DNA of 32,000 nt from Tahibacter amnicola (GTDB lineage: Bacteria > Pseudomonadota > Gammaproteobacteria > Xanthomonadales > Rhodanobacteraceae), in the NCBI RefSeq assembly GCF_025398735.1, contig NZ_CP104694.1, forward strand, positions 4,707,465-4,739,464. Direction: 5' to 3'. The notes under the pieces are model-generated. The model worked only from the letters and a program-made list of their open reading frames with translations, ran no database searches and had not been told where the DNA came from. The number at the start of each line of letters is the position of its first letter. The first letter of the stretch is position 1. Of this stretch, positions 1-10,268 are shown in pieces. A program made the translations under genes and the position numbers.

Positions 1-1
1 G

Positions 2-2688
<2,687 letters not shown>

Positions 2689-2692
<4 letters not shown>

Positions 2693-4134
2693 CGTCGACG
2701 CCGAGCTTCTTCTGGCACGACTACGAAACCACCGGCGCCGACCCGCGCCGCGATCGTCCGTCGCAATTTGCCGGCATCCGCACCACGCTGGAGCTGGAGC
2801 CCATCGGCGAGCCGGTCGAATTCTTCTGCCAGCCCGCGCCGGACGTGTTGCCGCACCCGCAGGCGGTGCTGATCACCGGTATCACGCCCCAGCAGATGCA
2901 GCGCGACGGACTACCCGAGGTACAGTTCGCCGCGCGGGTGCACGAGGAACTGGGCGCTGCCGGCACCTGCGGCGTCGGTTACAACTCCCTGCGCTTCGAC
3001 GATGAGGTCACGCGTCACCTGCTCTACCGCAATTTCTACGATCCGTATGCGCGCGAGTGGGAAAACGGCAATTCGCGCTGGGACCTGATCGACCTGGCAC
3101 GCATGTGCTACGCCTTGCGACCCGAAGGCATCCATTGGCCGCAGCGGGACGATGGTTCACCCAGCTTCCGCCTGGAAGACCTGGCCAGCGCCAACCGGCT
3201 CGACCAACAGCGGGCGCATGACGCCCTGTCGGACGTCCGCGCCCTGATCGGCCTGGCGCGATTGATCCGCGTACGCCAGCCACGCCTGTTCGACTACTAC
3301 TTCCAGCTACGGCGCAAGCAGCGCGCCTTCGAATTGCTCGACGTGGCACGGATGGCGCCTGTCATCCATGTCTCGTCGCGCTACCCGGGCACCCGCGGAT
3401 GCCTGGCCGTGGTAGCGCCCATCGCGGTGCATCCGACCCAGCCCAATGGCGTAATCGTGTACGACCTGTCGGCCGACCCCGCGCCGATGCTGACACTCGA
3501 TGCCGGGGACATCGCCGATCGGGTGTTCACACCACGGCAGGATCTGCCCGAGGACGTCGAACGCATTCCGCTCAAGCTCGTCCACGCCAATCGCTCACCG
3601 GCGCTGGCGCCGCTCACCGTGCTCAACGGCGTGGACACGGCGCGCATCGGACTGGACCTGGACCGGTGCCTGGCACATCTGGAGCAGTTGCGGCCGCATC
3701 CTGGTCTTGCGGAGAAACTGCGGCAGGTGTTCGGTGCATCGTCACGCGAGGAAACGCTGCCCGATTGCGAACTCGCGCTGTACTCAGGATTCCTCAGCGA
3801 CGGCGACCGTCGCCTGTTGCGTGAAGTCCGCCAGACACCGCCTGAACAACTCGGCACGCGCCCATTCCCGTTCCGCGACCGCCGCTGTGCCGACCTGCTG
3901 TTCCGTTATCGTGCCCGCAACTGGCCCGAGACCCTTGGTCCCGCCGAACGCGAGCAGTGGTTGGCATTTCAACGCCAACGCCTGCTGGCTCCCACCGACA
4001 CCGCCTGCCTGGGCCTGGACGCCTTCTTCGCCACCATTCGTCAACTCCGCGGCGAACCCGCCGCCGGCGGCAAGCAACCCCTGCTCGACGCACTGGAGGC
4101 CTGGGGTCACGAACGCCGGGCTGCACTCGCCTGA
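2689..4134 (+). CDS. sbcB: Exodeoxyribonuclease I
   Basis: N-terminal DEDD exonuclease motif FFWHDYETTGADPRRDRPSQFAGIRT, then LITGITPQ, YNSLRFDDEVTRHLLYRNFYDPYAREWENGNSRWDLIDL, and RAHDALSDV. 481 aa. ATGA overlap with the kinase stop. Confidence 0.95.
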
Positions 4135-4153
4135 ACGAGGGCCTGTCAACACC

Positions 4154-4840
4154 ATGAGCGCCATCTATTTCACCCCCAGGACCTTCAAGTTCCTCGCAGA
4201 CCTGGCGAGGAACAACAGCCGCGAATGGTTCGCCGACAACAAACCGCGCTTCGAGGAACATGTGCGGGGCCCATTCCTGCAGCTCCTGGCCGACCTGCAG
4301 GCGCCGCTGGCGAAGATCAGTCCGCACTATCGGGCCGATACACGCACCCAGGGCGGCTCACTGTTCCGTATCCATCGCGATACCCGCTTCTCCAATGACA
4401 AGCGCCCCTACAAGACCTGGGCCGGCGCACGGATCTTCCACGAACGGTGTCGCCAGATCGAAGCGCCGAGCTTCTACATCCACATCCAGCCGGATGGCTG
4501 CTTTGTCGGTGGCGGCCAGTGGCATCCGCAACCGGACACGACCAGGAAAATCCGCGACTTCCTGTCCGACAACCCCGCGGCCTGGAAGAAGGCGACGCGC
4601 AGCAAGGCGTTCCTGGAGAAACTGGCGCTGGGCGGCGACAGCCTGGTGCGTGTACCGCGCGGCTACGATCCGAATCACGAGCTGATCGAAGACATCAAGC
4701 GCAAGGATTTCGTCGCCTCGCGTGCGTTCGACAATACGCTGGCCCAGTCCGCCGAACTCCGGCCGTTTCTGGTGGACTCGTTCAAGACCATCGCGCCGAT
4801 GATCGACTACCTGTGCGCCGCCGCGGAGCTGGAATTCTGA
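4154..4840 (+). CDS. DUF2461 (TIGR02453-like) family protein
   Basis: 228 aa starting MSAIYFTPRTFKFLADLARNNSREWFADNKPRFEEHVRGPFLQLLADL..., with DTRFSNDKRPYKTWAGARIFH; characteristic of DUF2461. Start chosen inside the longer ORF 3500..4840, after the sbcB stop. Confidence 0.85.
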   Translation: MSAIYFTPRTFKFLADLARNNSREWFADNKPRFEEHVRGPFLQLLADLQAPLAKISPHYRADTRTQGGSLFRIHRDTRFSNDKRPYKTWAGARIFHERCRQIEAPSFYIHIQPDGCFVGGGQWHPQPDTTRKIRDFLSDNPAAWKKATRSKAFLEKLALGGDSLVRVPRGYDPNHELIEDIKRKDFVASRAFDNTLAQSAELRPFLVDSFKTIAPMIDYLCAAAELEF

Positions 4841-4850
4841 ACACTGCAGC

Positions 4851-4876
4851 GCATGGCGACGCTGCCGCCGCCATGC
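4851..4876. terminator. Candidate bidirectional hairpin between convergent genes
   Basis: Perfect 8-bp inverted repeat GCATGGCG-(acgctgccgc)-CGCCATGC, between genes ending at 4840 (+) and 4897 (-). No U-tract. Confidence 0.5.
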
Positions 4877-4896
4877 ACTGATCAAGCATCAGGGCC

Positions 4897-5304
4897 CTAC
4901 AGGTGGCGTGTTTCGGCCGGGACGTTGAACCAGTCGTTGTCACGACCATTGAAGTAACGCAGCGGCGCGTTGATCAGTTCCTCCGGGGTTACATCATCCA
5001 GGCAGGCGAGATTCACCGAGTAATAGGCGCCACCGATCTCTTCGACATAGCCATGACCGAAGGAATGGATGCCGCAGTGCTTGCAGAAGGTGTGGTGACC
5101 GCTGCGCGTGTTGAACTGGTAGTCGCTCAGCGCCTCTTCGCCGCTGAGCAGGCGGAACTGCTCCGGTTTCAGATTGACGCTCCAGCGGCGCATCTTGCCG
5201 CAGAGAGAACAATTGCAGCGTCCTGTCCCTGACGAGAGGTCGATATCGGCCTCGTAGCGGACTGCACCGCAATGACAGCTTCCCTTGTAGGTCTTCAAGC
5301 TCAT
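4897..5304 (-). CDS. GFA family (glutathione-dependent formaldehyde-activating enzyme-like) Zn-binding protein
   Basis: 135 aa [23 protein letters not shown]..., with Zn-ligand motifs [27 protein letters not shown]-like AGGAGAA upstream of the ATG on the minus strand. Confidence 0.92.
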   Translation of the reverse strand: MSLKTYKGSCHCGAVRYEADIDLSSGTGRCNCSLCGKMRRWSVNLKPEQFRLLSGEEALSDYQFNTRSGHHTFCKHCGIHSFGHGYVEEIGGAYYSVNLACLDDVTPEELINAPLRYFNGRDNDWFNVPAETRHL

Positions 5305-5364
5305 GAGGGTTCTCCTTTCTCCACCCGATTGCGCCGCCGCGCGATGGACAGATCGTAGCCGGAT

Positions 5365-5389
5365 ATTGCGGACAGGATGTGTCCGCGAT
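5365..5389. promoter_or_regulatory. Candidate operator in the divergent GFA/YafY-like intergenic region
   Basis: Perfect inverted repeat GCGGACA-(ggatg)-TGTCCGC (5368..5386), with flanking AT/AT continuing the symmetry after one mismatch. Confidence 0.5.
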
Positions 5390-5408
5390 TGTGCATTACC
5401 ATCGGACC

Positions 5409-6413
5409 GTGCTGAAGACGTCCGCCCGCCTGCTACGCCTTTTGACCCTGCTCCAGGGACGCCGCCACTGGACCAGCGCCGACCTGTGCCATCGCCTCGA
5501 CGTGGACGCACGCACCGTGCGTCGCGACATCGAGCGACTGCGCGGATTGGGCTATCCGGTGCAGGCCTCCGCGGGCGTCGGGGGTGGCTACCGGCTCGGA
5601 TCCGGATCGACGTTGCCGCCGATCCTGCTGGAGGATGAGGAAGCGGTTGCCGTCGCCGTCGCGCTGCGGGCGGCGACACACAGCGTGGCCAACCTGGAGG
5701 AAACGGCACTCGGCCTGCTGGCCAAGCTCGACCAGATCCTGCCCGCGCGGTTGCGCAAGCGCGCGGGTGATCTGCACACCGTCACCTTGTCGCTCGGCGG
5801 CGCATCGAGCGCTCCCCCGGTGGAACGGCTGACCCGGATTGCGGCGGCCTGCCGCGATCACGCCGTTCTCCTGCTGAACTATCGCGATCACGGCGGCAAG
5901 CCCAGCAAGCGTCGCGTCCAGCCGCTGCGGCTGGCGAGCGCAGGGCACCGCTGGTACCTCATCGCGTGGGACGAAGACCGCACCGACTGGCGCACGTTTC
6001 GGGTCGACCGCATCAGTGCAGTGCGCGACACCGGCCGGAGATTTCTGCCGCAGGCCTTTCCCGGTGACATCGGCGACTACCTGCGCCGCGCGATCACGCA
6101 GGCGCCCTTTGCCTACCAGTTGCGCCTGCGCCTGAAAGGCCCGGCACAGGAGTGGGCCTCCAGCCTGCCGGTGTGGTGCGGGGTGCTCGAAGCGGTGGAT
6201 GTGCGCCACTGCATTCTTCACACGGGAGCCGACTCCGTCGATGCGCTTGCCGCCCGCCTCCTCATGACAGGCGCAACGGTCGAGATTCTCGATGAGCCGG
6301 CATTCCTCCCGGCGCTACGGGCTGCCGCCGAACGCCTCTATCAAGCTACCCACGGCGTAGCGCCCGTGCCGGCAGGGAGCGCGCCCCGCCGTCTGCGCAA
6401 ACCCACGCGCTGA
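5409..6413 (+). CDS. YafY-type transcriptional regulator (HTH_11 plus WYL domain)
   Basis: [86 protein letters not shown] is a typical HTH plus linker. WYL-like C-terminal region [29 protein letters not shown] start at 5409 preferred over 5379. Confidence 0.9.
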   Translation: MLKTSARLLRLLTLLQGRRHWTSADLCHRLDVDARTVRRDIERLRGLGYPVQASAGVGGGYRLGSGSTLPPILLEDEEAVAVAVALRAATHSVANLEETALGLLAKLDQILPARLRKRAGDLHTVTLSLGGASSAPPVERLTRIAAACRDHAVLLLNYRDHGGKPSKRRVQPLRLASAGHRWYLIAWDEDRTDWRTFRVDRISAVRDTGRRFLPQAFPGDIGDYLRRAITQAPFAYQLRLRLKGPAQEWASSLPVWCGVLEAVDVRHCILHTGADSVDALAARLLMTGATVEILDEPAFLPALRAAAERLYQATHGVAPVPAGSAPRRLRKPTR

Positions 6414-6504
6414 CTGGCACGGGCAGGCCCCCTTCTACGAACACCCCTTCATCGCGGTCCGCGGGGATACCGCCGCCGAGGCCGCCAGGTTGATACTTAC
6501 ATTT

Positions 6505-6518
6505 GAAACGAACGTTTG
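6505..6518. promoter_or_regulatory. PsrA-consensus-like inverted repeat upstream of the lipase-like gene
   Basis: GAAAC-GAAC-GTTTG fits the described PsrA pattern (G/C)AAAC-N2-4-GTTT(G/C). Flanked by two TTGATACTT copies (6490..6498 and 6535..6543). Confidence 0.35.
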
Positions 6519-6703
6519 ACTGCCTTCGGACACATTGATACTTTTCGGCGGCCAACGGACATACGGGAGGGTATGTGACGTCGGCAGAGCCTAATTCGCT
6601 CCGGCAGCGCCGGTGGCGGCAAGGACGCTTTCCCTGACCCGGCATTGCCGCGGGCTTCATCGCGGCTCGTCCTGTACCAGCCCGAGCCGCATCGGGAGGG
6701 GAA

Positions 6704-7555
6704 ATGGTTCGTCTTGCTTTGGCGCTCGCGCTCGCCCTGGGTGCCGCCGCCGTCAACGCCAACACCGGCGTGGCCTTCGTCCACGGGACCGGCAATCATC
6801 CCAATGCCACCAGCGACTACTGGAAGCCCGAGATCATCAATTCGGTGCGCCAGGGGCTGCCCAATGGTTCAAAGTACACGGTGATCAACTGCGACTTTTC
6901 CCAATACATGTGGGACAGCCGCGCCTCCGGTTGCCTGGCCGGACAGCTGAGCAGCTTCATCAGCGCGCAAGGCATCACGGATCTGGTCGTCATCACCCAC
7001 TCCAACGGCGGCAATGTGATGCGCTGGATCCTGTCCAATCCAACCTACGACAGCCGCTATCCGGGCATCATTGCGAAGATCCGCTGGGTCAACGCCCTGG
7101 CGCCTTCCAGCGCCGGCACGCCGCTGGCCGATGCGGTGATGAACGGCAACGTGTTCGAGCAGTCCGTCGGTTGGCTGGTGGGTTACAAATCCGACGCCGT
7201 CCGCCAGCAGCAGACCAGCTGGATGGCGACCTATAACCAGAACAACCTGCTGGGCACTTCCGGGCGCCCCGCCCTGCCCCGCGGCTTCTGGGCGGTGGTC
7301 GGTACCGATGTGGATTCCTCACCCTTCGATCCCGACAGCTATTGCGGCGGCTACACGGAGAACGTTGGCCTGGAAACGACGCAGAACTGGCTGGCCAGCT
7401 GCTCGGACGGTTTTCTCAATTGCACCAGCCAGTCGGCAGCCGGGAACGTGTGGTTCCGCGACATCGACCGCATGGCCGGCCGCGAACCGCTTTCGCACAA
7501 CCAGAGCCGGCGCCCCTGCTTCGGCCTGGACGTCATTCTCCGCGACGACATCTGA
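6704..7555 (+). CDS. Secreted alpha/beta-hydrolase, triacylglycerol lipase-like
   Basis: 283 aa. Signal-peptide-like MVRLALALALALGAAAVNANT, then GVAFVHGTGNHPNA and nucleophile elbow VVITHSNGGNVMRW. SD GGGAGGGG just upstream. Confidence 0.75.
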   Translation: MVRLALALALALGAAAVNANTGVAFVHGTGNHPNATSDYWKPEIINSVRQGLPNGSKYTVINCDFSQYMWDSRASGCLAGQLSSFISAQGITDLVVITHSNGGNVMRWILSNPTYDSRYPGIIAKIRWVNALAPSSAGTPLADAVMNGNVFEQSVGWLVGYKSDAVRQQQTSWMATYNQNNLLGTSGRPALPRGFWAVVGTDVDSSPFDPDSYCGGYTENVGLETTQNWLASCSDGFLNCTSQSAAGNVWFRDIDRMAGREPLSHNQSRRPCFGLDVILRDDI

Positions 7556-7565
7556 GGAACCGCCC

Positions 7566-8771
7566 ATGCGATCGACACTGACTTCCCTGGCGGCAGCCCT
7601 CGCACTCATCCTGGCCGGCTCCGCCGCGGCCGACACGCTTCAGCTGGCGCCCCCGGGCGCCGGCGACCAGATCGTCAAGGCACTCAGCGCGCGCAAGGAC
7701 CGGGCACCTGGACCTGCGCTGGAACGCGCGCCCGTCGCGATGTCCTGGGCCCTGGACGGCAAGGAGCCCCTGGCCGCTGTACCCGCTCCCTTCACCGCAG
7801 AAAGCCGCGAATACTGGCGCGACGCCGACGAGGCAGCATTGCGGCGCGGTGTCGTGCTGACGACCACATCGCCGCAGGCACTGGTTCGCATCAGCCCGCA
7901 TGCGGGCAACACCGCGAAACTGCGCCCGGATGAACTCGTGATCCGCGCTGGCGGCCGCCAGTTTGCGGCGGACGAAGCCATCGAACGGCTCGCAGATGCG
8001 GAGGCATTGCGCCAGGCGGGCATGGACGTGGCGGAGGGCACGGTGATCCTCAAGCTGGCTGCCATCCTTGGCAAGGGCGAGGTGGAGCTGGCCATCCCTG
8101 CCGCACAAGGCAAGTACCTCATCCATGTCTTCGAACCGCAGAGCACGCAGGTGATGCAGCTGCGCGCCGGCCGCGACACGGTTATCGCCGGCACGCCGCT
8201 GGAGATCTCGGTGCAGTTGCCCGGCGTGACGACGCGCCGCGTGACGGGCCTGGTGGCGGCGCCGGATGGTCATTCGCAGCCACTGAGCTTCCAGCGCGCC
8301 GGCGATGGCAGCTACAAGGCTCGCGTACAACCCGATGCGGCGCATGCCGGCGGCCAGGGGTTGTGGGAAGTGCACGCGTTCGCCGACGGCAGCGCAGGCT
8401 CGCTTCGCGTGCAGCGTGACGCACGCACCGCTTTCGCCGTCGCCGCGCCAACGGCGCGGCTGGACGGTACGGTACAGCCGGCGACGGCGCGCGATGGCGG
8501 ACTGTCCTTGCGAATCGGCGTGGAAGTGGCGCAGGGCAGTCGTTACCAGCTGTCGGGTGTGCTCTATGGCACTGCAAAGGATGGTTCACGCCAGCCGGTT
8601 GCCTACGCGCAGTCCGCCGCATGGCTGGAGGCCGGCAAGCGGGGCGTCGACCTGTCATTCGATGCCGCCACGCTCGGACTGTCACCGCCCTACGAGTTGC
8701 GCGACCTGCGCCTGTCTGACCAGGCCAACCTGGCTGTCATCGAACGGCGCGAGTTCGGTGTCGGGCTGTAA
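7566..8771 (+). CDS. Secreted DUF4785-like protein
   Basis: 401 aa with signal peptide MRSTLTSLAAALALILAGSAAAD. Long beta-rich domains ending YELRDLRLSDQANLAVIERREFGVGL. The DUF4785 assignment is from recall of family features. SD GAGGAA upstream. Confidence 0.6.
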   Translation: MRSTLTSLAAALALILAGSAAADTLQLAPPGAGDQIVKALSARKDRAPGPALERAPVAMSWALDGKEPLAAVPAPFTAESREYWRDADEAALRRGVVLTTTSPQALVRISPHAGNTAKLRPDELVIRAGGRQFAADEAIERLADAEALRQAGMDVAEGTVILKLAAILGKGEVELAIPAAQGKYLIHVFEPQSTQVMQLRAGRDTVIAGTPLEISVQLPGVTTRRVTGLVAAPDGHSQPLSFQRAGDGSYKARVQPDAAHAGGQGLWEVHAFADGSAGSLRVQRDARTAFAVAAPTARLDGTVQPATARDGGLSLRIGVEVAQGSRYQLSGVLYGTAKDGSRQPVAYAQSAAWLEAGKRGVDLSFDAATLGLSPPYELRDLRLSDQANLAVIERREFGVGL

Positions 8772-8780
8772 TGCAAGCGG

Positions 8781-8805
8781 ACGCCCGGCCCGCGCGGCCG
8801 GGCGT
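8781..8805 (+). terminator. GC-rich hairpin downstream of the DUF4785-like gene
   Basis: ACGCCCGGCC-(cgcgc)-GGCCGGGCGT, perfect 10-bp stem 10 nt after the stop codon. No strong U-tract. Confidence 0.6.
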
Positions 8806-8831
8806 TCCCGCGGCGCGCACCAGGGTCTGAG

Positions 8832-8860
8832 TTTCCGCCAGCCGCAATTGGCGGTATAAA
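8832..8860 (+). promoter_or_regulatory. Candidate promoter/operator for the MFS gene
   Basis: TATAAA at 8855..8860 is immediately preceded by the perfect inverted repeat CCGCCA-(gccgcaat)-TGGCGG (8835..8854). Weak -35 TTTCCG at 17-bp spacing. Confidence 0.45.
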
Positions 8861-8923
8861 ACAGTCTCGTTCACCGCTGTCGGGTCTGCTCGTCCGGTGC
8901 CCTCTCCGCGCGGCCGTAGCACC

Positions 8924-10087
8924 ATGGATTCCGTTCCCAGCGCTCGACTGTCCAGCTTTTATTGCGCCTACTACGCCGCCCTCGGCGCGTTCACGCCGTA
9001 CTGGAGTCTGTTCCTGCAGAAGCGCGGCCTCGATCCGGCTGCCATCAGCGTGCTGATGAGCCTGTGGTATGGCACGCGTGTCTTCGCCCCCAGCAGCTGG
9101 GGATGGCTGGTCGCGCGATCCGACCGACCAGTGTACTGGCTGCGTGCCGGTTGCGTTGCCACGGTCGCGACATTCGCGCTGTTCCTGTGGCCGATGCAGT
9201 TCGGGGGCCTGTTCTGGGCCATGTGCCTGTTCTGTTTCGCCTACAACGCCGTCATGCCGCAATTTGAGGCATTGACGCTGTCGCATCTGAAGGAAAAAAG
9301 CGAGCGTTACGGCACGATCCGCGTGTGGGGTTCGATCGGTTTCATCGCCACCGTGAGCCTGTTCGGCGTACTGCTCGATCACATTGACGTAGGCCACCTG
9401 CCACTGTTGATGCTGCCGCTGTTCGTCGCCCTGGCCGGTACCAGTTTTCTCAATACCTATGGCAGCAGTCACAGCGATACTGCCGACAACGACAACGGAT
9501 TTCTCGATGCGCTGCGCCGGCGCGAAGTGATCGTCTTTCTCATCGTGGCGCTGCTGCTGCAGATCTCATTTGGACCGCTCTACACCTTCTTCTCGGTATA
9601 CCTGGACGAACACGGCTACAACGCCTCCGATATCGGCCTGTTCTGGGCGATCGGCGTGGCGGTCGAGATCTCGGTGTTTTTCTTCGGCGCGCGTCTGCTG
9701 GCGCGCTGGAACGCACGGCGCCTGGTACTGGCCAGCGCACTGATCGGCGTGGTGCGCTGGAGCCTGACGGCGCTCTTTCCGGATTCAACCACGATCATCC
9801 TGCTGGCGCAGACCACGCATGCCATCACCTTCGCCGGCTTTTTCGCCGCATCCATGCAGCTGTTGGCGGAGTACTTTCCCGGCCGCATGAATGGTCATGG
9901 CCAGGGGATTTTCTACGGCTTCTCCTCCGGCGTCGGCGGTGTTGCGGGAGCGTTGATATCGGGCCTGGTCTGGAAGGCCTGGGGTGGTCAGGCCACGTTC
10001 CTGGTCGGTGCCGGATTTGCAGCGCTGGCCGCCGGCGTGTGGATGCTGCGCGACAGCCGTCCCCGCACCACCAGCCACCGTCACTAG
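8924..10087 (+). CDS. MFS transporter, 3-phenylpropionate/nucleoside-symporter-like (MFS_1_like)
   Basis: MDSVPSARLSSFYCAYYAALGAFTPYWSLFLQKRGLDPAAISVLMSLWYGTRVFAPSSWGWL..., multiple hydrophobic segments, and FGGLFWAMCLFCFAYNAVMPQFEALTLSHL, PFRVWGS-like RIRVWGSIGFIATV. An alternative GTG start is at 8897. Confidence 0.85.
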   Translation: MDSVPSARLSSFYCAYYAALGAFTPYWSLFLQKRGLDPAAISVLMSLWYGTRVFAPSSWGWLVARSDRPVYWLRAGCVATVATFALFLWPMQFGGLFWAMCLFCFAYNAVMPQFEALTLSHLKEKSERYGTIRVWGSIGFIATVSLFGVLLDHIDVGHLPLLMLPLFVALAGTSFLNTYGSSHSDTADNDNGFLDALRRREVIVFLIVALLLQISFGPLYTFFSVYLDEHGYNASDIGLFWAIGVAVEISVFFFGARLLARWNARRLVLASALIGVVRWSLTALFPDSTTIILLAQTTHAITFAGFFAASMQLLAEYFPGRMNGHGQGIFYGFSSGVGGVAGALISGLVWKAWGGQATFLVGAGFAALAAGVWMLRDSRPRTTSHRH

Positions 10088-10268
10088 CGCGCTGCGGCCG
10101 ACTGCTCAGCGCTGACCGTATCCGATCCCACTACGGCCCATTCGCCGTTGGCGAAATCGAAGATCACCCGGTGGCGGCGCAGTGGCGCCAGAGACGACGC
10201 AATTCATGCGGACACCAGCCCGGCCCGCGTCATCCGGCATAATCGCCGGCAAAGGGGGTTGGCCTGTC

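Noticed and set aside
10141-10155. TTCGCC-gtt-GGCGAA hairpin after the MFS gene
   Set aside because: Only a 6-bp stem with no U-tract, about 50 nt past the stop. Too weak to call as a terminator.
10084-10205. Short minus-strand open frame ending VIFDFANGEWAVVGSDTVSAEQSAAAR
   Set aside because: It looks protein-like, but it is under 45 codons, has no good start or SD, and runs back into the end of the MFS gene. Not enough to call a small protein without conservation data.
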